A stretch of DNA of 49,440 bases from an uncultured Flavobacteriaceae bacterium (lineage in GTDB: Bacteria > Bacteroidota > Bacteroidia > Flavobacteriales > Flavobacteriaceae): contig CAYLZB010000001.1 in NCBI GenBank assembly GCA_964388165.1, forward strand, positions 1 through 49,440, read 5' to 3'. Both the position numbers and the translations under genes were made by a program. The notes beneath the pieces are model-generated. The model was not told the DNA's origin. It ran no database searches and was given only the letters and a program-made list of their open reading frames with translations. Of the stretch, positions 24,583 through 34,735 are shown one piece after another. Positions within the stretch are counted from its first letter, which is position 1, and each line of letters starts with the position of its first letter.

Positions 24583-26955
24583 ATGGCTAAAAGAAAAGCT
24601 GTCAAAAAATCTTCTTCAAAATCCTCTTTTTCAAAGCCTTCTCTCAAGCTTTCACCCAAAGGGAAAGTCCTATTAGGGAGTTTTTTGATATTTTTCGGGC
24701 TGGCCCTTTTGATCGCTTTTACATCCTTCCTTTTTAACTGGCAGGCAGATCAAAGCACACTCGACCAGCTTAGCAACCGGGAGGTACAAACTCAGAACCT
24801 GTTAAGCAAGTTTGGAGCAGCCATAAGTAACTTCTTTATTTATGATGGGTTTGGAGTAGCTGCTTTCGCCATTGCTTTACTTACCGTAATTACCGGGATC
24901 TATTACTTTTTTAGCCTTAAAAAAACTCCGCTTTTCAAATTTTGGTTCTGGGGAATTCTGGTGATGATCTGGCTATCTGTTTTCTTCGGATTTTTTGCAG
25001 ATACTAACGCACTCCTTGGAGGAACCGTGGGATATGAAATTAACGATTATCTTCAGGATTATCTGGGCTTTACCGGTACCGTCCTTCTTCTGGCTTTTTT
25101 ATTGATCGTTTATCTTGTGGTAAGGCTGAAGTTAACTCCGGAAAAGATCCTTTCAGCTTTTAGGAGGACCAAAAATGACATTTCTGAGGACTTCAGGTCT
25201 GCTTCAGTTTCTGAAGATATTAGAGTGAAAAGACCTTCAGAAGAAACAAAGAATGAAGCTGAAGTACAGACGCAAACCGCTACCCCCGCACCTGAGAAGC
25301 CTAAGGCCCCTACTCCCACCCCGGCACCCGAAAAGGTCGTGATCCGTTCACAGGAGAATCCCGATGATGTTGAGATGGAAGTCGAAACTGCAAAGGAAGA
25401 GGAAGAAGTGGATGACAGCCTTAGCCGCAAACTGGTAGAGGACTATGGAGAATTCGATCCTACTCTGGAACTAAAGAATTACCAGTTCCCTACTATCGAG
25501 CTTTTGAAAGATTACAACGCCAACGGCGGGGGAATTACCATCAACCAGGAGGAACTTGAGGAGAACAAGAATAAAATCGTAGACACCCTCAAAAATTATA
25601 AAATTGATATTGCCCAGATCAAGGCGACCGTAGGACCAACAGTTACGCTATACGAGATCATCCCAGAAGCCGGAATAAGGATCTCCAAGATCAAAAGTCT
25701 GGAAGATGATATTGCGCTTTCGCTTTCGGCTTTAGGAATAAGGATCATTGCTCCAATTCCCGGAAAAGGAACTATAGGTATTGAGGTTCCAAACAAGAAT
25801 TCCACAATGGTTTCCATGAGAAGCGTAATTGCCTCTCCCCGTTTCCAGAATGCCGAAATGGAATTGCCTATGGCTCTGGGAAAAACAATTTCAAATGAAA
25901 CTTTTGTTGTTGACCTGGCGAAGATGCCTCACCTCCTCATGGCAGGTGCTACAGGCCAGGGAAAATCTGTTGGGTTGAATGCGATTCTCACCTCTCTGCT
26001 TTACAGCAAACACCCCGCAGAAGTAAAATTCATTCTTGTAGATCCAAAAAAGGTAGAATTGACGCTCTTTAATAAGATCGAGCGACATTACCTCGCAAAG
26101 TTGCCGGATACCGAAGAAGCTATTATTACCGATAATACCAAGGTCATCAATACGCTTAACTCGCTTTGCATCGAGATGGACAACCGTTATGAGCTGCTCA
26201 AGGATGCCATGGTAAGGAATATCAAGGAGTACAATACAAAATTCAAGGCAAGAAAACTGAATCCTGAGAACGGGCATAAATTTCTTCCTTATATAGTGCT
26301 CGTGGTGGATGAGTTTGCCGATCTTATCATGACAGCCGGCAAGGAAGTCGAAGCACCAATAGCACGATTGGCACAGCTTGCAAGGGCAATCGGGATCCAC
26401 CTCATCATCGCAACACAAAGACCATCGGTTAACGTAATTACCGGGATCATCAAGGCCAACTTCCCTGCAAGGATCGCCTTTAGGGTTACTTCAAAGATCG
26501 ATTCCCGTACCATCCTTGATAGCCAGGGTGCAGATCAACTCATTGGAAAGGGAGATATGCTCTTCACCCAGGGTAATACCCTTCTCAGGTTACAATGTGC
26601 TTTTGTGGATACTCCTGAAGTAGATAAGATCACAGAATTCATTGGCTCACAAAAGGCTTATGCCGATGCTTACCACCTTCCGGAATATAGCGGTGAGGAA
26701 AGTGGCACATCTCTTGATATTGATGTTGGCGACAGGGATAACCTCTTTCGGGAAGCCGCCGAAGTCATTGTAATTGCACAACAGGGATCGGCCTCATTAC
26801 TTCAAAGAAAACTGAAATTAGGTTATAACCGAGCAGGTAGGATCATTGATCAACTTGAAGCAGCCGGTGTTGTTGGTCCTTTTGAAGGCAGCAAGGCACG
26901 CCAGGTACTGGTCCAGGATATTGAAGGTCTTAACCAACTGTTGAATGAGGAATAG
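24583..26955 (+). CDS. ftsK: DNA translocase FtsK
   Basis: N-terminal TM helices, Walker A GATGQGKS, 'VVDEFADL', 'ATQRPS', gamma domain 'SASLLQRKLKLGYNRAGRIIDQLE'. Confidence 0.97.
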   Translation: MAKRKAVKKSSSKSSFSKPSLKLSPKGKVLLGSFLIFFGLALLIAFTSFLFNWQADQSTLDQLSNREVQTQNLLSKFGAAISNFFIYDGFGVAAFAIALLTVITGIYYFFSLKKTPLFKFWFWGILVMIWLSVFFGFFADTNALLGGTVGYEINDYLQDYLGFTGTVLLLAFLLIVYLVVRLKLTPEKILSAFRRTKNDISEDFRSASVSEDIRVKRPSEETKNEAEVQTQTATPAPEKPKAPTPTPAPEKVVIRSQENPDDVEMEVETAKEEEEVDDSLSRKLVEDYGEFDPTLELKNYQFPTIELLKDYNANGGGITINQEELEENKNKIVDTLKNYKIDIAQIKATVGPTVTLYEIIPEAGIRISKIKSLEDDIALSLSALGIRIIAPIPGKGTIGIEVPNKNSTMVSMRSVIASPRFQNAEMELPMALGKTISNETFVVDLAKMPHLLMAGATGQGKSVGLNAILTSLLYSKHPAEVKFILVDPKKVELTLFNKIERHYLAKLPDTEEAIITDNTKVINTLNSLCIEMDNRYELLKDAMVRNIKEYNTKFKARKLNPENGHKFLPYIVLVVDEFADLIMTAGKEVEAPIARLAQLARAIGIHLIIATQRPSVNVITGIIKANFPARIAFRVTSKIDSRTILDSQGADQLIGKGDMLFTQGNTLLRLQCAFVDTPEVDKITEFIGSQKAYADAYHLPEYSGEESGTSLDIDVGDRDNLFREAAEVIVIAQQGSASLLQRKLKLGYNRAGRIIDQLEAAGVVGPFEGSKARQVLVQDIEGLNQLLNEE

Positions 26956-26970
26956 AGAAAACAAAAAATA

Positions 26971-27615
26971 ATGAAAAGAATAATTTTAGTAGCAGTAGCT
27001 TTTTTAACCCTTACTGGTTCATATGCCCAATCTTCTAATGATGCGAAGAAACTTTTAGAAGAAGTATCATCAAAGGTTGAATCTTATGATAACATCATCA
27101 TTGAATTCAAATACGCATTGGAGAATACAGCAGAGAATGTGAAGCACGAAACCCGTGGAGACGTAAGCCTTGAAGGGGAAAAATACCTGCTGAACATCAT
27201 GGGAACTACCCGACTTTTTGACGGAAAAAAACTTTACACCATCATCCCCGAAGATGAAGAGATAAATATCTCGAGTTATAACCCTGAAGAGGACCAGGAG
27301 ATCACTCCGTCCAAGATGCTTACTTTCTATAATGATGGTTATAAATCACAACTTGGTCCTGTACAGGATCTAAAGGGCAGGAAGATTCAGTATGTAAAGC
27401 TTACACCGATCGATTCCAAAGCTGAGATCAAAGAAATCCATTTGGGAATAGACAAACAGACGAAACATATTTACAACCTTATTCAAACCCAGGATAACGG
27501 CACCAAGATCACAATAACGGTAAATAGCTTCAAGACAAATCAACCTCTGCCTCAATCGCTTTTTCAGTTCAGGGAAAGCAGGTATAAGGATTACTATATT
27601 AACCGGTTAGATTAA
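26971..27615 (+). CDS. lolA: Outer-membrane lipoprotein carrier LolA family protein
   Basis: Signal peptide, 'FDGKKLYTI..ED.EINIS', position directly after ftsK. Confidence 0.8.
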   Translation: MKRIILVAVAFLTLTGSYAQSSNDAKKLLEEVSSKVESYDNIIIEFKYALENTAENVKHETRGDVSLEGEKYLLNIMGTTRLFDGKKLYTIIPEDEEINISSYNPEEDQEITPSKMLTFYNDGYKSQLGPVQDLKGRKIQYVKLTPIDSKAEIKEIHLGIDKQTKHIYNLIQTQDNGTKITITVNSFKTNQPLPQSLFQFRESRYKDYYINRLD

Positions 27616-27618
27616 AAA

Positions 27619-29070
27619 TTGAAAATACTCGACAGGTACATACTTACCAGCTACCTTAAAACATTCTTTTCGGTCTTTGTAATACTCATGTTCATCTTTG
27701 TATTGCAGACCATATGGCTGTACATAGGTGAGCTGGCAGGTAAGGACCTGGACACGGAGATCATTTTTAAATTCCTGCTGTACTTTAGTCCGAAGCTGGT
27801 ACCACTGGTACTGCCCCTCACAATTCTGCTGACTTCCATTATGACCTTTGGAAATTTCGCAGAGAATTATGAGTTCGCAGCCATGAAGTCGGCCGGAATT
27901 TCTTTACAGCGGGCCATGCGTTCACTTACCGTTTTTATTTTATTGGTTAGTGTTACCGCATTTTTGTTCGCTAACAATGTGATCCCGGCAGCCGAGTATA
28001 AATCTATCAATCTTAGAAAGAACATTGCCCAGCTCAAGCCGGCAATGGTAATATCTGAAGGTGTTTTTAACGATCTGGGACAGATCAACATCAAAGTGGA
28101 TGAAAAGTCCGGGGAAAGAGGCCAGTATCTTCACGATGTGATCATTCACAAAAAGAATGAGCGTCGATCAGGTAATTATACTGTGATCAAAGCTTCCGAA
28201 GGAGAATTGGTTGGGAGCACAGGATCGAATATCCTGAGCCTTATTCTCAAAGATGGTAACTACTACGATGAGATCGCGTCAACTTCCCCGCGCGACAGGA
28301 TGAAAAGACCTTTTGCAAAAAGTTATTTTGAGGAGTATACCATCAACATGGATCTTTCGGGTTTTAACGATGTAGATCTTGATGAAGAAAGGTATAGCAA
28401 CTCCCACAATATGCTAAAGATCTCCGAGCTCAATCGTACAATAGATTCTTTTTCTACTTCCTATAACCAGGAGTTGGAGACCTTCTCGAGAAACATGTAC
28501 AACCGTACAGGATTTGAGAATTTAAAGAATGACGTGAAGCCTGAAAAGGATACCCTTTTAGATCCTAAAGATGGTTTTTTACCACTTTACGATCCATACC
28601 AGGCTTCTCAGATCGTCAATCTTGCCCTCGGGAACGTTAACGGAGCAGTTGCTACGGTTACCAACAAACAGGCGGAGCTTGTACAGGCTTCCAAAAGGTT
28701 GAACAAATTTGAAATCGCTTTACACGAAAAATACGTATTGGCCTTCGCCTGTATCGTATTATTCTTTGTAGGCGCACCTCTGGGCGCCATTATTAGAAAA
28801 GGAGGTATGGGCTTGCCCATGGTGATCGCTATCCTCCTATTCCTAACCTATCACTTTATCGGAATATTCGCTAAGAATAGTGCCGAAGAAGGACAGATAA
28901 GTCCATTTTTGGGTACCTGGCTTTCTACCCTTATCATGCTTCCCCTGGGTATTTTCCTTACCTACAGGGCAACGACAGATCAAGGTTTGTTTAGCTTTAG
29001 TATTCTATTCGAGCCTGTGAAAAGACTTCTGAAAAGAACCCATATTATGGGACGTTCCGAAAAGGATTAA
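27619..29070 (+). CDS. LptF/LptG family LPS export permease
   Basis: 'MKILDRYI', 'ENYEFAAMKSAGISL', 'FFVGAPLGAIIRKGG'; TTG start. Confidence 0.9.
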   Translation: MKILDRYILTSYLKTFFSVFVILMFIFVLQTIWLYIGELAGKDLDTEIIFKFLLYFSPKLVPLVLPLTILLTSIMTFGNFAENYEFAAMKSAGISLQRAMRSLTVFILLVSVTAFLFANNVIPAAEYKSINLRKNIAQLKPAMVISEGVFNDLGQINIKVDEKSGERGQYLHDVIIHKKNERRSGNYTVIKASEGELVGSTGSNILSLILKDGNYYDEIASTSPRDRMKRPFAKSYFEEYTINMDLSGFNDVDLDEERYSNSHNMLKISELNRTIDSFSTSYNQELETFSRNMYNRTGFENLKNDVKPEKDTLLDPKDGFLPLYDPYQASQIVNLALGNVNGAVATVTNKQAELVQASKRLNKFEIALHEKYVLAFACIVLFFVGAPLGAIIRKGGMGLPMVIAILLFLTYHFIGIFAKNSAEEGQISPFLGTWLSTLIMLPLGIFLTYRATTDQGLFSFSILFEPVKRLLKRTHIMGRSEKD

Positions 29071-29078
29071 TATCTTTG
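29071..29078 (+). promoter_or_regulatory. -7 element (TATCTTTG) for ribB
   Basis: Exact TAnnTTTG 23 bp upstream of the start. Confidence 0.6.
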
Positions 29079-29101
29079 CCGCCAATAAGTACAGCTAGAA
29101 A

Positions 29102-30238
29102 ATGAGCAAGGACACTTCCTTTAAATTACATACCATTAAAGAAGCTATTGACGACATAAGAGCCGGCAAGGTGATCATTGTTGTTGATGATGAAGACAGG
29201 GAAAATGAGGGTGACTTTTTAGCTGCTGCTTCAAAGGTAACCCCACAAATGATCAATTTCATGGCCACCCATGGCCGCGGATTAATTTGTGCCCCTATTA
29301 CAGAGAAACGTTGCAAGGAGCTGCAACTTGAAATGATGGTGGGTAACAATACCGATCCCATGGAAACGGCTTTTACGATCTCTGTTGATCTTAAAGGTAA
29401 CGGTGTTACCACGGGAATTTCAGCTTCAGACAGAGCAGAGACCATCCGGTCGCTTATCGATCCTGAAACTCGTCCTTTTGACCTGAGTCGCCCCGGACAT
29501 ATATTTCCGCTTAAAGCCAAAGAAGGCGGGGTTTTAAGGCGTACAGGACATACAGAAGCCGCTATTGATTTTGCCAGACTTGCCGGTTTTCCTCCGGCCG
29601 GTGTGATTGTGGAGATCATGAATGAAGACGGAACAATGGCAAGGCTTCCGCAGCTCATCAAGGTTGCTGAAAAATTTGACCTTAAGATCGTCTCGATTGA
29701 AGATCTTGTGGCTTACAGGATGCAACATGACTCTCTTATTGTAAAGAAGGAAGATTTTGATATCAACACCCGTTTCGGAACCTTCAGACTAAGAGCCTAT
29801 CAACAAACTACAAATAAGCAGGTACACATTGCACTTACCAAAGGTGCGTGGAAATCTTCGGACCCTGTGCTGGTACGAATGAATTCAACGCTGGTCAATA
29901 ATGACATTTTAGGCACCCTTACCAATGATGCCGATAAGAAACTGGATTATATGTTCAAGGCAGTCAATGAGGAAGGAAAAGGAGCCATTGTTTTTATCAA
30001 TCAGGAAAGTCAGTCCCTCAACCTTCTCAATAGGCTTGGAGAATTAAAAAATCTGCAAAAGCAAGGGGAAATGAAAGCTCCTCCTTTGGTCATGGATTCC
30101 AAAGATTTCGGGATTGGAGCTCAGATCCTTCACGATCTTGAAATTCATAAACTGCGCCTCCTCTCCAATAGCAAACAGACGAAAAGAGTAGGAATGATAG
30201 GTTATGGATTGGAGATCATCGAGTACGTAAATTACTAA
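29102..30238 (+). CDS. ribB: 3,4-dihydroxy-2-butanone-4-phosphate synthase fused to a degenerate GTP cyclohydrolase II-like domain (RibBX-type)
   Basis: 'VDDEDRENEGD', 'RPGHIFPL', 'GHTEAA'; C-terminal 'DFGIGAQIL' present but no zinc-binding cysteines. Confidence 0.92.
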   Translation: MSKDTSFKLHTIKEAIDDIRAGKVIIVVDDEDRENEGDFLAAASKVTPQMINFMATHGRGLICAPITEKRCKELQLEMMVGNNTDPMETAFTISVDLKGNGVTTGISASDRAETIRSLIDPETRPFDLSRPGHIFPLKAKEGGVLRRTGHTEAAIDFARLAGFPPAGVIVEIMNEDGTMARLPQLIKVAEKFDLKIVSIEDLVAYRMQHDSLIVKKEDFDINTRFGTFRLRAYQQTTNKQVHIALTKGAWKSSDPVLVRMNSTLVNNDILGTLTNDADKKLDYMFKAVNEEGKGAIVFINQESQSLNLLNRLGELKNLQKQGEMKAPPLVMDSKDFGIGAQILHDLEIHKLRLLSNSKQTKRVGMIGYGLEIIEYVNY

Positions 30239-30864
30239 AGTTCTATTACCGTTTCTTCAACAGGCCTTCTCACCTTCTTTAAAGAGGCAAAAAGATCATC
30301 ATCTGCCCGGTAACCCACCGGCAAGGCAAGGACTGCCTCTAAACCGAATTTTTCAAGCTCAAGGATCTCGTTATATTTTCGAGGTTCAAAACCTTCCATT
30401 GGGCAGGAGTCGATCTCTTCGACAGCACAAACAGTAAGCAGAGTTCCAAGCACAAGGTACGCCTGGTGAGTGGCCCAAACCTTGATCTCATCGATAGGTT
30501 TTTGCTCAAAATCTCCTATCAAAGAATCCCGGAATGGGTGCAATATCTCATCGGGAGTATTTCTAACATCCTGTACTGTTTTAAAATACTTCTTTATGAA
30601 ATCTTTATCGACGGTAGTTTCGATACAAATGACCAGGACATGAGAGGCTGTACTAATCTGCTTTTGATTATAGGAAGCTTGCATCAATGAATGCTGCACT
30701 TCTTTATTTTGGACCACTATAAGCTTGAGTGGCTGTAGGCCGTAAGAGGTAGCCGTAAGGTTAAATGCCCTTTTTAAAATGTCTAGTTTTTCGGAGGAAA
30801 GTAGCTTGTCCGGATCAAATTTCTTTGCTGCATATCGCCACTTCAAGGCATTGATACTTTTCAT
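30235..30864 (-). CDS. Nitroreductase family NAD(P)H-dependent oxidoreductase
   Basis: 'LKWRYAAKKFD', 'TSYGLQP', 'IDSCPMEGF', 'VGYR'. Confidence 0.93.
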   Translation of the reverse strand: MKSINALKWRYAAKKFDPDKLLSSEKLDILKRAFNLTATSYGLQPLKLIVVQNKEVQHSLMQASYNQKQISTASHVLVICIETTVDKDFIKKYFKTVQDVRNTPDEILHPFRDSLIGDFEQKPIDEIKVWATHQAYLVLGTLLTVCAVEEIDSCPMEGFEPRKYNEILELEKFGLEAVLALPVGYRADDDLFASLKKVRRPVEETVIEL

Positions 30865-30879
30865 GAATGGTAATTTTCA

Positions 30880-30887
30880 CAAAGATA
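30880..30887 (-). promoter_or_regulatory. -7 element (TATCTTTG) for the nitroreductase
   Basis: Exact TAnnTTTG on the minus strand 15 bp upstream of the start. Confidence 0.6.
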
Positions 30888-30946
30888 CGCCACACAATGA
30901 GAGACTGCAAATAGGATACTTATTACAGCAAACGTAAAGCTAAAGA

Positions 30947-31072
30947 TTAAAAGTTACTCTTTTTCCGTTCCTGTCGGCTGCGATATAGATTAAAGATCTT
31001 GCGAATAAGATATACGCTCACCAGTAAAACTATAAGGGCTTCAACTCCCAATATCAAATAGTACAAAGTCAT
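30947..31072 (-). CDS. Small single-pass membrane protein (41 aa), not in ORF track
   Basis: Hand translation MTLYYLILGVEALIVLLVSVYLIRKIFNLYRSRQERKKSNF: hydrophobic helix then a basic tail. Confidence 0.5.
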   Translation of the reverse strand: MTLYYLILGVEALIVLLVSVYLIRKIFNLYRSRQERKKSNF

Positions 31073-31268
31073 AACCCCAAAAAGTTTACAGATGTTAGAA
31101 TAACAATTTTCAAAAATAGTTTAATGAATTGTTAAAGATTACCGTTATTCAAACAACATTTAAAACTTATAACACAACTTTAGAATAAAAATGCTATTAA
31201 TATTTTAAGTTGTAAAAAGAATTTAAAGTCGAATTCACTGAGAATTAACCTCCCCTATAGTCAGTAAA

Positions 31269-32315
31269 ATGGAAATTTTCGTAAAAGCTCTACCTGTAGA
31301 AGAAATTATTGAAAGTCTGTCAAAGCAATTTAAGCTCCCCGTGAAAAGAGATGGCGGGGAATTAACTATTGAATTAAGTGAAAAGCTGGGACAGGGGTTC
31401 ATTAGAGGAACCAGTTTTACATCGGGAGTGGGCGTGATAGAATACAATGTCACTTTTTATAAGGACATGGAACTACACTTCGTTATAAATCAAACCCATC
31501 CTTTAAAATTCATATTCTGTTCTGAAGGAAGGGTCAATCATGCCTTTGAAGAAAATATGGATATCCACACCGTAGACACTTATCAGAACGTGATCGTCTC
31601 CAGCAGTGGACATAACGGTCACATACTCTACTTCAAAGCTAATGAGACCTCTCATGTTTTTAGTCTCGAGATCATTAGAGCTGAATTCAATAAGAGGAAA
31701 AATTTTGGCTACAAAGACCTCGATCCCCGTCTGGAAAAATTGTTCAGAGATGAAGTCTCGAGAGAACTCTTCTTTTACCAGGGAAATTACAGTATACAGG
31801 CAGCCGATATAGTGGAAGCCATGGCGAATAAAGAGCATACCGGTTTCTTACGTTCCATATATCTTGAAGGGAAAGCTTATGAAATGCTTGCAAAGCAGGT
31901 AAGTCAATACTGTGATGACCAGGAAAACGGAAGTAAATCGGCCCTGTTGCGAAGAACCGATGTAGAAAAGGTCAAGCGTGCTGTCGAAGTGATCAACGAG
32001 GATCTTAATCACAATTATTCCGTGGAGGAACTGGCCAAAGAAGTAGGCACTAACGTTAATAAATTGCAGGAAGGTTTTAAATATATGTTTGATCTTACCG
32101 TGAATAAATATGTGCAACAGGTTAAACTTGAGGCTGCCAAAGAAATGTTGACCCACAGCGAGCATAATATATCACAGATCGTAGGGCAAATAGGTCTCAA
32201 TAACAGAAGTTATTTTTCCAAGATCTTTAAGGAAAAATACGGGGTGAGCCCTAAATACTTTCTTAATCAGAAGTACCAGGAAAGCGAAGACAGCGAAGAG
32301 AACGAAGAAGATTAA
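31269..32315 (+). CDS. AraC family transcriptional regulator
   Basis: C-terminal double HTH: 'VEELAKEVGTNVNKLQEGFK', 'ISQIVGQIGLNNRSYFSKIFKEKYGVSP'. Confidence 0.92.
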   Translation: MEIFVKALPVEEIIESLSKQFKLPVKRDGGELTIELSEKLGQGFIRGTSFTSGVGVIEYNVTFYKDMELHFVINQTHPLKFIFCSEGRVNHAFEENMDIHTVDTYQNVIVSSSGHNGHILYFKANETSHVFSLEIIRAEFNKRKNFGYKDLDPRLEKLFRDEVSRELFFYQGNYSIQAADIVEAMANKEHTGFLRSIYLEGKAYEMLAKQVSQYCDDQENGSKSALLRRTDVEKVKRAVEVINEDLNHNYSVEELAKEVGTNVNKLQEGFKYMFDLTVNKYVQQVKLEAAKEMLTHSEHNISQIVGQIGLNNRSYFSKIFKEKYGVSPKYFLNQKYQESEDSEENEED

Positions 32316-34735
32316 CCGGAGAGAGCTTCAAGTGCCTCTTCTATATCTATTCCTTTACCAAGCACGGGCTTAAAAAGATCGGGTTTTTGCTCTATTCTTG
32401 CAGGCATGGTTTTGATGGTAAAATCCCGCATATCCAATCCCTTTTTTACTTCCTTCCATTCCAGTGGTGCCGAAACGGTAGCGCCGGGTTTTGGCCTGGC
32501 ACAATAAGGCGCTGCCAAAGTTTGTCCTTTTCTATTCTGCAAGAAATCTAGATAGATCTTCCCTTTTCTTTTTTTTACATTTCGCTCCATGGAAGTGATC
32601 TGCGGAAGTTTCTCCTGAATAAAATAACAAAGGATCTTCGTGAAATCCCGGGCCTCATCATAATTGTAACGCGCCCCTAACGGAATATAAACGTGAATAC
32701 CACTGGAACCGGAAGTTTTTGGATATCCAACAATATTAGCTTTATCCAGGACTTCTTTTGCAGCTTGTGCAACTTCAATTACCTGCTCAAAAGTTGTTTT
32801 TTCTGAAGGATCGATATCAATAACGGTAAAATCTGGATGGAGAAGATTCTGCACTCTGGAGTTCCAGGGATTTATTTCAATACATCCCAAATTAGCCATG
32901 TAGATTAGGCTGGCCTCATTCTGGCACATCATGTATTCGATCTCCCGATTGTTGTGCTTGGAAAAAACTTTTGCAGATTCTAACCAGTGTGGAAAGATGC
33001 CTGCAGTATCTTTTTGATAAAATCCTTCCTCGAGGATGCCATTGGGGTGCCGGTGTAAATTTTGCGGTCTATCTTTCAAAAATGGCAAAATTGTATCGGC
33101 TATTTGCAGGTAATATTCTATAAGATCATACTTTCTTAAACCCGATTCCGGCCAGTACACCTTGTCAAGGTTACTTATAGGAACAGAGATTCCGCCTATC
33201 TCCAGGGAATCACCTTCTTTTTTTTGTGAGGGCTTCTTCTTCGGAATTTTAGCTGTTTTCTCTTTGGTCACCTCCTGTGGCAGTTTGTCCATTCGTAAGC
33301 CCTTAAAAGAAGGATGTCTCATGTTTCCTGAACGGGTCCATTCCGAAAAATTCACTTCACAGATTAGCTCAGGGATCAGCCAGGTAGGCGTTCTTCCTTT
33401 TAATGCAGGCTTCTTTTTAAATGGTTTGACCTCGGTTACAAGCGGCTGAAATTTCTCATAAAGATCTTTTTTATCCTGCTCACTAAAACCCGTTCCGCAG
33501 TTGCCAATATAGACCAGTTCCTCATCACGATGCATTCCCAGGATCAGGGAACCGAAAGGACCTCCCTTATCTGAGTCGGTATACCCGCAGATCAAGGCTT
33601 CCTGACTTTCAAATGCCTTTATCTTTAACCACTTGTCACTTCTGGAGCCGGGAATATATTGAGAATCTGCTTTCTTGGCGATCACTCCTTCCATACCCAT
33701 TTCTACTGCCTGCTCAAAAAAGGCTTTTCCCATGCTCTCTACATGGTCGCAGTAATACACCTGCGGAATATCCTCTATTACCTCCGGAATTAGGCTCTTT
33801 CTTTCAGTGAGAGGCAAGTGCATAATATTATGACCGTTGAGATACAGTAGATCAAAGACGTAATAACGGAGTTCCCCTGAAGGTTCTTTCTGGTAATTCT
33901 GAAGTTTCTGAAAAACAGGTTTTCCGCTTTCATCCAGCGCCACTACTTCTCCATCCAGGATCACATCATGCGGAATAGCCTTTAGATGCTCATAAAGCTC
34001 TTTGAATTTCGCTTTGAAAGAAATTCCGTTTCGGGAATAGAAATCTACTTTTCCTTTCTGGATGTTGGCAAGGGCCCGATATCCATCCCACTTCAATTCA
34101 TAGATCCAGTTGGCTTTATTGAAGATCTCAGGAGCCTTTGTGGCCAACATGGGCTTGATCAGTTCGGTAACCTCGAGTTTCTTCACCTTTTCGCGTTCAG
34201 CGTGCTCACTCAGGTTTTCGGCGTCATAACTCAGCTCTGTTGAAAATTCATCAGTCTTCTTTATAAGTAACCATTGATTGTCTTTGTCTCCTCCCCTGCG
34301 GGTATGGACAAGGGCAAAGGTCCCTTTGATCTTAGTGCCGAAAAATGTGATTTTTAGATCACCTTTTTTCAACATTTTCAAGAGCTCCTTTTCATCGCCG
34401 CCTCCTGTAGGTTCATAGGTGCCTTCATCCCAAATGCTCATTTCCCCTGCTCCATAATTCCCTTTTGGAATTGTGCCATGGAATGTGAGATATTTAATGG
34501 GGTGATCTTCGGTCATTATGGCTAACCTTTTATCTGCCGGATTCATGGATGGACCTTTTGGAACAGCCCAACTTTTAAGAACCCCCTCCATTTCAAGGCG
34601 CAGATCATAGTGCAGACGGGTAGCCCGGTGCCGCTGTATCACGAACCGCAGCCGTCCCTTGTTCTTTTCATAAGCAGCATCGGGTTCGGGAGTTTTTTGA
34701 AAGTTTCGCTTTTTGATGTACTCGTCAAGTGCCAT
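32312..34735 (-). CDS. ligD: NHEJ DNA ligase D (phosphoesterase-ligase-polymerase order)
   Basis: PE 'QRHRATRLHYDLRLE..KSWAVPKGPS'; ligase 'ELKWDGYR', 'EGVIAKK', 'WLKIK'; POL 'DIDP', 'KTSGSSGIH', 'DFLQN', 'APYCAR'. Confidence 0.96.
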   Translation of the reverse strand: MALDEYIKKRNFQKTPEPDAAYEKNKGRLRFVIQRHRATRLHYDLRLEMEGVLKSWAVPKGPSMNPADKRLAIMTEDHPIKYLTFHGTIPKGNYGAGEMSIWDEGTYEPTGGGDEKELLKMLKKGDLKITFFGTKIKGTFALVHTRRGGDKDNQWLLIKKTDEFSTELSYDAENLSEHAEREKVKKLEVTELIKPMLATKAPEIFNKANWIYELKWDGYRALANIQKGKVDFYSRNGISFKAKFKELYEHLKAIPHDVILDGEVVALDESGKPVFQKLQNYQKEPSGELRYYVFDLLYLNGHNIMHLPLTERKSLIPEVIEDIPQVYYCDHVESMGKAFFEQAVEMGMEGVIAKKADSQYIPGSRSDKWLKIKAFESQEALICGYTDSDKGGPFGSLILGMHRDEELVYIGNCGTGFSEQDKKDLYEKFQPLVTEVKPFKKKPALKGRTPTWLIPELICEVNFSEWTRSGNMRHPSFKGLRMDKLPQEVTKEKTAKIPKKKPSQKKEGDSLEIGGISVPISNLDKVYWPESGLRKYDLIEYYLQIADTILPFLKDRPQNLHRHPNGILEEGFYQKDTAGIFPHWLESAKVFSKHNNREIEYMMCQNEASLIYMANLGCIEINPWNSRVQNLLHPDFTVIDIDPSEKTTFEQVIEVAQAAKEVLDKANIVGYPKTSGSSGIHVYIPLGARYNYDEARDFTKILCYFIQEKLPQITSMERNVKKRKGKIYLDFLQNRKGQTLAAPYCARPKPGATVSAPLEWKEVKKGLDMRDFTIKTMPARIEQKPDLFKPVLGKGIDIEEALEALSG

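Noticed and set aside
25276-25338. Repeated TPAPEK motif in FtsK
   Set aside because: Ordinary Pro-rich low-complexity linker typical of FtsK.
29095-29661. 188-aa ORF antisense to ribB, and other long antisense ORFs (14562-15074, 25891-26418, 41509-42111)
   Set aside because: They lie almost entirely within well-supported genes on the other strand and have no motifs.
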